Assembly (NCBI RefSeq): GCF_045637405.1
Contig: NZ_JAZTZI010000124.1
Span: 1,644 to 65,643 of the forward strand
DNA from: Anaerovibrio sp.
GTDB taxonomy: Bacteria; Bacillota; Negativicutes; Selenomonadales; Selenomonadaceae
DNA length: 64,000 nucleotides
Direction: 5' to 3'
The translations under genes and the position numbers were made by a program. Position 1 is the first letter of the stretch. Every line of letters begins with the position of its first letter. Below, one piece after another: positions 52,798 to 63,600 of this stretch. The notes beneath the pieces are model-generated. The model was not told the origin of the DNA, did not search any database, and worked only from the letters and a program-made list of their open reading frames with translations.

Positions 52798-55386
52798 ATG
52801 TTTTATCTGGCTTTAATTGGACTACTTGCTATACTCATTCTTTTGCTTGTAAATTATGATATTTTATTTCAGTATGGCAAAAATCAAAATCTTCCTGCAG
52901 TAAAAATGTATAGGAGATTTCTGTTTGCTGTTTTGGCATACTATATTTCCGATACACTATGGGGCGTTTTTAGTGAGCTGAATTTATTTAACCTGCTCTT
53001 TGCCAATGTGGTTATATACTATATTGTCATGGCTGCGGGCATACTCACTTGGACACGGTTCGTGGTTACATATTTAGGGGAGGAACACAAATTTGGAAAG
53101 TTTCTTCTCTGGACGGGACGCATTTTCTTTGTAGTTATTACACTGGCATCTCTTGCCAGCATATCTACTCCTGTGCTGTTTTGGTTTGATGAGGCTGGCG
53201 AATATCATGCTTGTCCGGCCCGGTATGCACAGCTTGTTTTCCAGATAGTGCTGTTTTTGTTGACAGCTGCCTACACCTTCAGCGCTATGTTAAGGTTGGA
53301 AGGAACCATAAAGAAACGCCATCGGACCATTTGTCTGTTTGTATTGGTTATCGCAATATCCCTTATTCTTCAGCTTGAATTTCTCTTCATTCCAATGTAT
53401 ACCATTGGTTATATGCTTGGCACCTGTCTCCTGCATACCTTCGTTATAAGTGAAAGAGTAGAGGAATACCGTCGTGCCAGCCTGGAATCCCTGCGCCGGG
53501 AAAAAGAGGCTGCTGAACAGGCATCTCAAGCCAAGAGCGAATTCCTTTCCAATATGTCCCATGAAATCCGTACACCAATTAATGCGGTTCTGGGCATGAA
53601 TGAGCTGATACTCCGTGAATGTGAAGACGATAATATTCTGTCCTATGCGGAAAATGTACGAAGCTCAGGCAATACCCTGTTAGGACTGATAAACGATATT
53701 TTGGATTTCTCGAAGATTGAGGCTGGTAAAATCGATATTATTCCAGTGGATTATGATCTTTCATCCACTCTAAACGATATGGTGGTAATGATTCATAACC
53801 GGGCTGACGACAAAGGACTTACCTTTAATGTTGAATTTGACCCCAATGTACCAAAGCAGCTTTTTGGCGATGAGGTTCGTGTAAAGCAGGTTATCACAAA
53901 TATTTTGACAAATGCGGTAAAATACACGGAAAAAGGCAGTGTGACTTTTTCTGTTGGATATGATCGTTGTGAAGACGCCACTGATAGTATTATTCTTCAT
54001 GTGAAGGTGAAGGATACGGGTATCGGTATAAAACCGGAGGATATGGAAAAGCTATTTTCCAAATTTGAGCGCATAGAAGAAAAGCGGAATCGCAATATCG
54101 AGGGTACCGGCCTCGGTATGACCATCACGAAAAATCTGCTTGAAATGATGGGTAGCCATCTGCAGGTGGAGAGTACCTATGGTGTTGGTACCACCTTCTT
54201 CTTCGATTTACGACAGAAGGTTGGCAAGTGGGAGCCATTAGGAGACTACAAGACATCTGTTAATGTGCTTTTAAAGGAGCATAAGAAATATAAGGAGAAG
54301 TTCACGGCACCAGATGCTAATGTGCTGGTGGTGGATGATAATACGATGAATCTGACGGTGTTCAAGAGCCTTCTGAAGCGTACCAGGATAAATATTGATA
54401 CGGCAGAAAGTGGTGATGAGGCACTTCAGATGACCAAGAACAAGATGTATGATATGATTTTCCTTGATCATATGATGCCGGGGAAGGATGGTATCGAAAC
54501 CCTGCATGAAATGAAAGAGCAGGCTGAAGGCTTGAATGACTGCACCGTATCTGTATGTCTGACCGCTAATGCTATATCCGGTGCAAGGGAACAGTATATC
54601 GCAGCGGGATTTGATAATTATCTTACCAAGCCGATTCATCCTAGCAAGCTGGAGGATATGCTGATGGCTTATCTTCCGGGAGATAAAATAATTATTACAG
54701 GGGAAGACGATGTTGATACCGTTGAGGAAGAAGAGCAGGATAATATTCCTGCTGTATTGGCACCGCTTAAGGACCAGGACTGGATTAATCTGGCTGCGGG
54801 AATAAAAAACAGCGGTAGTTCAGAGTATTATTTGCCATTACTGAAAATCTTTTACGAGTCCATAGAGGAAGACACGGGAATTGTTGATGGCTTCTATACT
54901 GAGGGTAATATCAATGACTACACCATAAAAGTACATGCAATGAAGAGCTCTGCCCGTCTTATTGGAGCAGAGGCCATTGCTGAAGAGGCCCAGCAGCTGG
55001 AAAATGCCGGCAAGGCTGGGGATTTGGACTATATCAACCAGCATCATAATGACTTCATAGCGACGTATAGGAGCTTTAAGGAACCATTGTCCTTAGTTTT
55101 CACTGAGAATGATGCGGAAGACAATGCTGCAAATGATGTGGCAGAGGATGTCAACGACAATATGGAAGATGATATGCCGGAGGCAGATGCAGAGCTGATG
55201 GATACTGTATATGAAGAAGTCAGGGCATCTGCTGAAGCTCATGATGCAGAAAGCATAGCAGCTGTTTTTGCAGAAATAGAAGGGTATCGTGTTCCAGATT
55301 CAGATGCTGAGCTTTGCCAAAGTATAAAGTCAGCGGCAGAGAATTCAGATTTTGAAGCCATCTTATCCATGCTGTTTGAACGATAA
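52798..55386 (+). CDS. hybrid sensor histidine kinase (polytopic N-terminal sensor, HisKA, HATPase_c, REC, HPt)
   Basis: SHEIRTPINAVLGM (H-box), GTGLGMTI, REC with VLVVDDNTMN...IFLDHMMPGKDG, and an HPt segment HAMKSSARLIGA. Confidence 0.9.
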   Translation: MFYLALIGLLAILILLLVNYDILFQYGKNQNLPAVKMYRRFLFAVLAYYISDTLWGVFSELNLFNLLFANVVIYYIVMAAGILTWTRFVVTYLGEEHKFGKFLLWTGRIFFVVITLASLASISTPVLFWFDEAGEYHACPARYAQLVFQIVLFLLTAAYTFSAMLRLEGTIKKRHRTICLFVLVIAISLILQLEFLFIPMYTIGYMLGTCLLHTFVISERVEEYRRASLESLRREKEAAEQASQAKSEFLSNMSHEIRTPINAVLGMNELILRECEDDNILSYAENVRSSGNTLLGLINDILDFSKIEAGKIDIIPVDYDLSSTLNDMVVMIHNRADDKGLTFNVEFDPNVPKQLFGDEVRVKQVITNILTNAVKYTEKGSVTFSVGYDRCEDATDSIILHVKVKDTGIGIKPEDMEKLFSKFERIEEKRNRNIEGTGLGMTITKNLLEMMGSHLQVESTYGVGTTFFFDLRQKVGKWEPLGDYKTSVNVLLKEHKKYKEKFTAPDANVLVVDDNTMNLTVFKSLLKRTRINIDTAESGDEALQMTKNKMYDMIFLDHMMPGKDGIETLHEMKEQAEGLNDCTVSVCLTANAISGAREQYIAAGFDNYLTKPIHPSKLEDMLMAYLPGDKIIITGEDDVDTVEEEEQDNIPAVLAPLKDQDWINLAAGIKNSGSSEYYLPLLKIFYESIEEDTGIVDGFYTEGNINDYTIKVHAMKSSARLIGAEAIAEEAQQLENAGKAGDLDYINQHHNDFIATYRSFKEPLSLVFTENDAEDNAANDVAEDVNDNMEDDMPEADAELMDTVYEEVRASAEAHDAESIAAVFAEIEGYRVPDSDAELCQSIKSAAENSDFEAILSMLFER

Positions 55387-55398
55387 TCAAATAAATAC

Positions 55399-55446
55399 AA
55401 AATACCAGCCACCAAGGTTTACAGCTTTGATGACTGGTATTTTTTC
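55399..55446. terminator. bidirectional hairpin between convergent genes
   Basis: Stem aaataccag-cca / tga-ctggtattt (one mismatch), with an A-rich 5' flank and a T-run 3' flank. Confidence 0.55.
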
Positions 55447-55478
55447 ATAGAATTTGTTATTGAATCAAATACTCTTGA

Positions 55479-57107
55479 TTAATGCTTAAATACTTCCTTG
55501 TGGGAATTAATAACCTCTGCCATAATCATTTTACCCATTATATCAGGGTGAAGACCGTCATTGGCAAAAGTCGGATCCATAAAGGTATGGGTATAATCAT
55601 AGAAATATGGCTCCAGATCAATGTAATACGGTTTAGTCTTAATATAGGTGTTGATTTTCACCATTTTGGAATACCAGTTAGGATCCGTAGGCGTTCTGAA
55701 TGCCAGCATTATGTTAGCCGGATTAATTGGTGGCAGTGTAAGCATAATAGGCCTGATATCGTTGGATATACACTTCTGGTAAATTCCCTCCAGGTCAGCT
55801 ATTACCATTTCAGCGGTAATAAAGGAATCCCTAAGACAATTGGAGCCGGTAAGTATCATAAGATTAACCGGTTTAATTGGAAGAACATCGTTGTCAAAGC
55901 GGTCAAGGGACATTTTTGATGTATCACCGCTGCGGCCAATATTAATGGCAGGAAAATCAAGATATGTAGTATAGCTGTATTGCATACTGCAAGGAGAAAA
56001 GGATACGGCACCGCCGCCATGAGTAATACTGTCGCCAAAGGCTGCAGCAAATGGACGGGTGAGATGACTTTCAACCTCAAAGGTATCTGTATCGGAGAAT
56101 ACACCAATGGTTTCGCCCCTTAAATTTACAGCCCGTACACGCCAATAATATTTTCCGGCGTACCTTCTGGGATATTCATCATAACAGCTGAAGGAGTCTG
56201 TTACAGTCTTTGCCCAGGCACGATGAGGTGTGGCCACAGTGTTATTTTCCTCCACAGGAGGCTGCGCCATAAGCTCTACCTCGTATCTGTCAGCTCCAAA
56301 CATTGGTATCCAGTGGAATACAGGATAAATTGGCTGCTTAAAACCAGGCATTACATCAAAATTATTCAGCAAAGGCTTATTTGGTATTGGCTTGGATGAA
56401 TCCACTATAATCTGCTCAGCGGTTGAGAATACACCAATAGGCTCCTTTCGGAGATTTAAGGCCCTGACACGCCAGAAAAGACGAGGCTGATTCAAATACG
56501 GTCTAAGATCTATTTGTATACCATTGGTAAAGACCTTTTGGGTTGACATCAGATGGTTGGTCTTGGATAAAGTAATAGTATTTTCCTCATCCGGTGGACC
56601 GGAAAGAAGCTCCAGCTCATATAGAACTCCGTCGGGAATACTATGCCATACCAGATATGGTATAGGACTGGCTGGATTGTCAGTAGTGTATTTATATATT
56701 GGAATAGGTCTAATCGGATTATTGTAGTTTGGATTTGCTACGAAGATTTCATCAGAGGACAGCTTGCCAAAAATACCATAGGCTGTAATCTTATAGTAGG
56801 TAGGTATTGCGGTAGTAGGTACATCATAGTTATTTTCAAAAGTATATTCTTCTTTTAAATGATGATATTCAGGACTGTCCGGCACCTTACCGGTGGTTTT
56901 GGAATACACCTCCACCTTATAAAAGCAAGGATATGGATAACGGGTCCAGTCCATAGTCATCTTGCCATTTTCCTCAGTGAAGGTAGCCTCAATTTTAAAA
57001 TTCTTCAAGTTAAATAAATCAGTTTTCTCTGTTAAAAACACACATAATGCTGTAAAACAAAGTGTTAATAAAAGAAAAGTGATAAAACCGACAATTATTT
57101 TGCGCAT
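55479..57107 (-). CDS. membrane-anchored SGNH/GDSL hydrolase with three FN3-like repeat modules
   Basis: SGNH blocks FGDSITHGGG, GSNCLRD and NDGLHPD. Upstream repeats end in LFWRVRALNLRKEPIGVFS and YYWRVRAVNLRGETIGVFS. The ATG at 57107 follows AGGTGA. Confidence 0.8.
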   Translation of the reverse strand: MRKIIVGFITFLLLTLCFTALCVFLTEKTDLFNLKNFKIEATFTEENGKMTMDWTRYPYPCFYKVEVYSKTTGKVPDSPEYHHLKEEYTFENNYDVPTTAIPTYYKITAYGIFGKLSSDEIFVANPNYNNPIRPIPIYKYTTDNPASPIPYLVWHSIPDGVLYELELLSGPPDEENTITLSKTNHLMSTQKVFTNGIQIDLRPYLNQPRLFWRVRALNLRKEPIGVFSTAEQIIVDSSKPIPNKPLLNNFDVMPGFKQPIYPVFHWIPMFGADRYEVELMAQPPVEENNTVATPHRAWAKTVTDSFSCYDEYPRRYAGKYYWRVRAVNLRGETIGVFSDTDTFEVESHLTRPFAAAFGDSITHGGGAVSFSPCSMQYSYTTYLDFPAINIGRSGDTSKMSLDRFDNDVLPIKPVNLMILTGSNCLRDSFITAEMVIADLEGIYQKCISNDIRPIMLTLPPINPANIMLAFRTPTDPNWYSKMVKINTYIKTKPYYIDLEPYFYDYTHTFMDPTFANDGLHPDIMGKMIMAEVINSHKEVFKH

Positions 57108-57314
57108 TACAAATTCACCTATAATTATAATAAACTCATAGAGTAAATTATAACGCAATTATTCATATTTTTCCACATGCGAAATCTTCCCAATAATGAA
57201 CAAATGAGAATCAAGTAATGGGAATCAAGTCTTTTCAAATTGGAAGGAAACGAGTATAATATAGAGGTTAATTAAGTTGTTAAAAACAAATTTACTAATT
57301 GGAGAAATGATGTA

Positions 57315-58232
57315 ATGGAAATAAATCAGGAATTTGTTGATGGCATAAAGAAAATTTTACCTGCAGAACAGTTTTATATAAATGAACCTATGAGCAAGCA
57401 CACTACCTTTAATATTGGTGGACCGGCGGATTACCTTATTTTCCCTGGCAGCATGGATCAGCTACAGGCGGTAGTAAAGCTCATGAACCAGTGTGATATT
57501 CCTTTTACTATTCTTGGCAATGGGTCCAATGTTCTGGTATTGGACAAGGGGATAAGAGGAGCTGTACTGAAATTCCATGCACCAATGTCCTATAAGCGTT
57601 GTGAAGGCAATAGGATTATTGCTGGTGCGGGTGCATATCTTAAGCATATTTCCCAATATGCAGCTGAAAACAGTCTTACTGGTATGGAATTTGCCTGCGG
57701 CATCCCAGGTTCCTTGGGGGGTGCCGTATTTATGAATGCCGGTGCCTACGATGGGGAAATGAAGAACGTTGTAAAGGAAGTAAAGACCGTAACTGCCACC
57801 GGCAAGGTCTTGACTTATGGTCCTGATGAGTTTAACTTCGGTTATCGTCACAGTGTTTTCCAGGCTAACGGACAAGCCATCGCTGAGATTACTCTTGAGC
57901 TGCAGCCAGGCAACAAGGAAGATATTCAAGCCAAAATGGATGATTATACTGCACGTCGTGAAAGCAAGCAGCCTCTTGAAATGCCAAGTGCCGGCAGTAC
58001 ATTTAAGCGTCCAGAGGGATATTATGCGGGAACCTTGATTGATAGCACCGGGTTAAAGGGCCTTCAGGTGGGAGGTGCCCAGATTTCCACCAAACATGCT
58101 GGATTCGTGGTTAATTCCGGCCATGCCACTGCCCAGGATGTTCTTGACCTTATAAAGGAAGTTCAGGACAGAGTATACAAGGAAAAGGGCGTAAAGCTAT
58201 ATCCAGAGGTACGTATTATCGGAGAGCAGTAA
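57315..58232 (+). CDS. murB: UDP-N-acetylenolpyruvoylglucosamine reductase
   Basis: FAD-binding domain (TFNIGGPADY, LGNGSNVL) and a C-terminal MurB domain (AGSTFKRP). Confidence 0.95.
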   Translation: MEINQEFVDGIKKILPAEQFYINEPMSKHTTFNIGGPADYLIFPGSMDQLQAVVKLMNQCDIPFTILGNGSNVLVLDKGIRGAVLKFHAPMSYKRCEGNRIIAGAGAYLKHISQYAAENSLTGMEFACGIPGSLGGAVFMNAGAYDGEMKNVVKEVKTVTATGKVLTYGPDEFNFGYRHSVFQANGQAIAEITLELQPGNKEDIQAKMDDYTARRESKQPLEMPSAGSTFKRPEGYYAGTLIDSTGLKGLQVGGAQISTKHAGFVVNSGHATAQDVLDLIKEVQDRVYKEKGVKLYPEVRIIGEQ

Positions 58233-58696
58233 TGGGTATTGAAATAGAGCGTAAATACCTCATAAATGAAGATAAATGGCAGCCCAGAGATAATGGCGTA
58301 AACATTCGTCAAGGCTACTTATGTACAGACAAGGAGCGTACTGTTCGTGTCCGTACCAAGGGAGAAAAGGGCTATCTTACAATTAAAGGCGAAAATCAAG
58401 GGATTTCCCGTATGGAAATGGAATACGAGATTCCCTTTGACGATGCCACAAAGCTCCTAAATAATTTATGTCATAAGCCACTTATAGAAAAAACACGTCA
58501 TATAGAGGAGCATTTGGGACACACATGGGAGATTGATGTGTTCTTTGGTGATAATGAAGGCCTTATTGTGGCGGAGGTAGAGCTTTCCTCTATTAAGGAA
58601 GAAGTGAAGCTGCCGGACTGGATTGACAGGGAAGTATCGGATGATAAGCGTTACTATAATTCCAGTCTATGTTTAAAGCCTTATAAAGCATGGTAA
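58232..58696 (+). CDS. CYTH domain protein (CyaB/ThTPase-like triphosphate tunnel enzyme)
   Basis: An N-terminal ExExK motif (IEIERKYL) and later acidic strands (WEIDVF, VAEVEL). The start overlaps the murB stop (TAATG). Confidence 0.85.
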   Translation: MGIEIERKYLINEDKWQPRDNGVNIRQGYLCTDKERTVRVRTKGEKGYLTIKGENQGISRMEMEYEIPFDDATKLLNNLCHKPLIEKTRHIEEHLGHTWEIDVFFGDNEGLIVAEVELSSIKEEVKLPDWIDREVSDDKRYYNSSLCLKPYKAW

Positions 58697-58699
58697 AGC

Positions 58700-58728
58700 A
58701 GAACCAGTTATTACTGGTTCTTTTTTTC
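58700..58728 (+). terminator. intrinsic terminator
   Basis: A 9-bp perfect stem agaaccagt / actggttct with loop tatt, followed by ttttttt. Confidence 0.85.
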
Positions 58729-58889
58729 TTTTCTTTAAGAAATAATTTTAAGTATTATGGTTAATATGTTATTAATTATAAAAGAAATAGGACTTTTGTA
58801 GTATGCTAATGGTAAAAATGTGTGGTATAATTAATTCCGTTATGTAAAAAAGGATAATTACTACGTTGAGGAGATTAATTCTTTATTTT

Positions 58890-60563
58890 ATGAGTAAGAA
58901 ATTAAGTTTTTTAGGTTTGGGTCTTTCTCTATTGATGCTGCCATATAGTGAGGCTACAGCAGCTCCATTTGATATGCCGGATGCTGGTGTTATTTCTTCT
59001 AATATTAACAAGGAAAGAAATTGGAAGCCTAAATCCGATACTGATGATGTAGAGGTTAATATTGACCTTGGCCAGCAGAAGCTCGGCGATAATAAAATTA
59101 AGGTAAAGGTGAATGAAATACGGTTGGAGGGCAACACCATTTTTTCCACCAGTGAGCTGATGGAGCAGGTGGGACACCTGATTACACCACAAATGACCTT
59201 TAATGATATGCTGCAGATAAGTCAGGCTATTACCGATTATTACCGGAAACATGGCTATATGACTACCATTGCATACTTGCCGACTCAAAATATTACAGAG
59301 GGAATAGTCACGATAGATGTTATGGAAGGCGCTTATGATGATATTTCCTTTGATAACTCCTCTGAGCTGTTGACAGGCAGAGCAGAGGGATTAACCCATA
59401 GAGCCAAGAAAGACAGAGTCATTAATAAACACGACCTGGATCGGATGCTGTTTATTTTAAATGATATAGCTGGCGTAAAGGCTCATGCCTTTTTGTCACC
59501 GGGAAAATCCAATGGTGAAGCGAATACTGTTTTCAAACTTACCACCACTGAAACTAATGGTGGATTTATTTATGTGGATAATTTTGGCAACCACTACACT
59601 GGCAGAAATCGTATAGGCGCTTTGTACCATTGGAATAATTTGAGTCATGTTGGGGATCAGCTCCAGCTTGGTTATATGCGCAGTACCCAATATGATGATT
59701 TACAGAATTATTCAATAAAATATGAGTTACCGGTTTTTAATTATGGTACTTTTGCTTCTCTGGAATATTACCGAACAGACTATGAACTGGGTGAAAAATA
59801 TCGTCCGCTGCATGCTTATGGTAAATCAGATACTTTTAGGCTGGCTACACGAACACCGTTAAAGCGTACTTTGGATAATAATTTATACTTCCGCTTCAAT
59901 GTGGAATATACCAGGCTGACTGACCGTATTGGCTTCTGGAATACCGATTCACAAAGACACCTTTATGGCATACGCTTTGGGTTGGACGGAGATTATCGTA
60001 CTAAGTGGTTTGCCTCAAATTATAAGGTAATGCACACCATTGGTCGTGCTGCAATGGATACTCCTTATGCCAAGGCTGGAGATGTACTAGGTACAGAGGG
60101 CAACTATCAGAAGACCAACATTGATTTTTATCATATTCAAAAGCTAAATGATAAATTGACAGCCCATCTTACCCTGTCAGGCCAGAAGTCATGGGATAAT
60201 CTGGATTCCTCAGAAAAATTTTATATTGCCGGCTACAACGGTGTTAGGGCTTTTCCGCAGGGTGAAGCCAGCGGTGATGACGGTTTCCTTGGCTCCTTTG
60301 AATTGCGTCAGACCTTGGGAGATTCCAATTTCAAGCTGGCGGCCTTTTACGATGTGGGCTGGGTAAATATGGTACATCATAATCCATTTGGCAACAGTGA
60401 ATCCCGTTATCTTCAGGGTGCAGGCCTCGGACTTATTTATCAGCAGCCAGGAGACTGGTATGTACGAATTGATTATGCCATACCTATCGGTAACCGTTAT
60501 TCAAATAGCTACGGACATGATATGGATGGTATATGGTGGTTCCAGGCTGTAAAGAAGATTTAA
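58890..60563 (+). CDS. ShlB/FhaC/HecB-family two-partner-secretion outer membrane transporter (TpsB)
   Basis: Signal peptide, POTRA-like region (IRLEGNTIFSTSEL...), a beta-barrel with alternating aromatic pattern, and a C-terminal ...WWFQAVKKI. The start is ATG 58890 or TTG 58866. Confidence 0.9.
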   Translation: MSKKLSFLGLGLSLLMLPYSEATAAPFDMPDAGVISSNINKERNWKPKSDTDDVEVNIDLGQQKLGDNKIKVKVNEIRLEGNTIFSTSELMEQVGHLITPQMTFNDMLQISQAITDYYRKHGYMTTIAYLPTQNITEGIVTIDVMEGAYDDISFDNSSELLTGRAEGLTHRAKKDRVINKHDLDRMLFILNDIAGVKAHAFLSPGKSNGEANTVFKLTTTETNGGFIYVDNFGNHYTGRNRIGALYHWNNLSHVGDQLQLGYMRSTQYDDLQNYSIKYELPVFNYGTFASLEYYRTDYELGEKYRPLHAYGKSDTFRLATRTPLKRTLDNNLYFRFNVEYTRLTDRIGFWNTDSQRHLYGIRFGLDGDYRTKWFASNYKVMHTIGRAAMDTPYAKAGDVLGTEGNYQKTNIDFYHIQKLNDKLTAHLTLSGQKSWDNLDSSEKFYIAGYNGVRAFPQGEASGDDGFLGSFELRQTLGDSNFKLAAFYDVGWVNMVHHNPFGNSESRYLQGAGLGLIYQQPGDWYVRIDYAIPIGNRYSNSYGHDMDGIWWFQAVKKI

Positions 60564-60605
60564 ATATTATTCATTAATAATATAAAATGGAGACGTAATT
60601 TTATA

Positions 60606-63600
60606 ATGACTAATCGAAATTTATTAAGTAAAAAAATAATATTAGGGCTGGCTACAGCTACCTTGTGCTATGGACCCTTTGGAGTGGGATATGCTGAGGT
60701 TGCGGATAATGCTTTGCCTACTGGTGGCAGTATTTCCCACGGTACTGCTACAATTTCCACCAATGAAGAAAATAATACTATGAACGTGCTCCAGTCCACC
60801 GATAAGGCTATTATTGATTGGAACAGCTTTAACGTTGGTAGGGATGCTACGGTAAACTTTATTCAGACCTTGAATGGAAAGCCTAATGTGGCTGCTATGA
60901 CCCTAAATCGGGTTAATGCGGCTGGCGGTATGTCGGAAATTGCCGGTCATATTAATTCCATTGGTTCCTTCCTTTTGGTAAATCCTAATGGAACAATGTT
61001 TTATGATGGTTCAGAGGTTAATGCGGCTGGTGTTATTGTATCTACAGCAGAGATTGATGAAGGTAAATTTTTAAATGGACAGCTGTCTTTTGCGCAAAAC
61101 AATACTACTAATGCCAATATCACCGTAAATGGAACTATTAATGCCTCCACCAATGGTGCTTATATGGAGGGCCTGTTGGGTATGGTGAAGAATGATATAG
61201 AAAATTCACCGTTAAATACCGAGGGAATCGAGCTGGCGACCGGTTTTTCCTTTGCCAATAACACCATTAAGCTGGTGGCTGATGGGGATATTAACGTGGG
61301 GGAAAAGGGCTCCTTACAGGCAGTAACCTCTACCACTATTTCCGGTGATAAGACGGTGGGCTCTGAGGCTTTCTCCGTGGAAGGAGATTCCAGCACCAGA
61401 ACCGGTTCCATTACCCTGCGTGCCGACCAAAATGCTGATGATATTAATAGTGATGGCGTGGCTGCCAAGGTTTATCTAAATAATGCGGATGCTTCCCAGA
61501 TTGCTTCCCATAGTGTGGGGATATACTACAATCCTGATCTTGTAGAGCATGAGGTGGATGGGGAGACAAAGACGATTAATGGGGCTAAAGTAGCCGATTT
61601 AAAGGATTCAGCCGGCAACCAGGCAGTCGTTTTAGCTGACGACAGTGTTACCTATACTCAGAAGGACTATACCAAGTATGACAGTGAGGCGTCTGCCTAT
61701 AAGAGCAAGGTGGCCCAGAGCTTTAATGAATTTTCCCGGACTGAGGATAAAACTATCAAAACCTCTTCCCGTGGTATCATCAGCCAAAGCTATAATATGC
61801 TGGTAAATAACCTTTATCAGATGGAGGCTATTCAGTATTCCGATAAAGCTAATATGAGCGGTTCCTACGCTCAGGGCCGTACCTTCAATGCCGCAGATAC
61901 CGCAAATTGGAATGCTGGCAAAGGCTTTAAGTCCATTGGTACTGTTGATAACCCATTTAAGGGCAGCTTTACCGGCAGCGGTGGCTCCAATGGTTATTCC
62001 ATTCTCGATTTAACTATAAACCGTTCGACTGAGGATAATATCGGTCTCTTTGGCGTGGCTAATGGGGCTTCCTTCTGGTCTATGAATTTAGTTGACTCCA
62101 ATATTATTGGTAAAAATAATGTAGGCGGTATCGCCGGGCAGGCCACTGACCACTCAAAATTTAGCAGTATTTCCGTCCGAAAGAGTATACCAGCCAACAA
62201 TGTTATTTCCGAAACTAATAACATTACTGGTAATGATAATGTTGGTGGTATTGTTGGAGAAATATCTAATGGTGGTACTATCCGTTTTTCCAGCAATAAT
62301 GCACAGATTGGCGGCGTCGATAAAGTAGGTGGCCTCGTAGGCAGCCTTTCTGGTGAAGCTGCTGGCGGAAGTGATGAAGGTTCCAACAACAACATATATA
62401 AGAGCAGTAATAGTGGCGTTATTCAGTCTTCTGGTACTTCAGCAGGTGGATTGGCTGGTTATATTAATTCAACTTTGAATACTAAAGACAATAAATTTGC
62501 CACTGGAGAGAATATTACAACAGACCCTACAGAAAATTTAACTGCCGTTGCTATTACAGACTCATATTCCAATGGTAAGGTAAGTGGCACAACTGATGTA
62601 GGCGGTATTGTAGGCACCTTGGAAAATGGAACAATACAGTATACCTATAATACCAATGAAAATGCCGCTTTAAGCAGTAGTTCCGTTGTCAGTGAAGCTT
62701 CCGTAGGTGCTGGTACTTCTGTATATGGCAAGGTTAACGGTAACACTAATGTAGGTGGTATCGTAGGTAACATGACTGGTGGTATTATTGACCAGTCCTA
62801 TAATGCCGGTAATATTGAAGGCTCTACAAATGTTGGTGGTGTAGTGGGCTCCATGTTTGGTGGCTCTATTACCAAGGCTTATAATGCGGATAATAACACT
62901 GTACTAAAGACAAGCACAAATGACGCAGAGTATTATGGCTTTAAGGTTATTGATGGCGAACATGCTGGCTCATATACTTATAATCATGATAAACAGGTGT
63001 GGATGAAGGGTAGTGAAGAGCTTACTTCTGAACAGTTAAATGCTATTCCTGAAACCCAGCGTGTATATAACAACCGCTTGGCCTACAGAGATGCTACTGT
63101 AACTGGTACAGAAAATGTAGGCGGTATTGTAGGCATCATGTCTAACGGCTCCATGGAGCAGGTGTATAATGCTGGTCAGGTGAAGTCCAATGAGGGAGCG
63201 TCCAATGTTGGGGCCTTCGTAGGTAAGTATGAGGCTGGCACCATTAATGACAGCTTCTATGTAACAACGGAAAATGATGGTACTACCAATATTACCAATC
63301 AGGCTAAGGCTGTCGGCAATGACGTCGCCATCGAGGGAATTACGGCTAAGATTCTTTATCAGGCGCAGAACATCAATGATACTACCTGGACTGGTGGAAA
63401 GAATACTGGTAATGGTTGGACTATCTACAATAATTCCTCCACGCCGTTGTTAAATCATTTCATGCGCTGGATTAACATTAACCGTCAGTATGAATATGAC
63501 GGAACTGTTCATAACCTTATGACCACCGATGTGGCTAATTATTATGGTGGTGCCTTCTTTGATAACGGTGATGGTAAGAATGTATATTCCAAAAATTATG

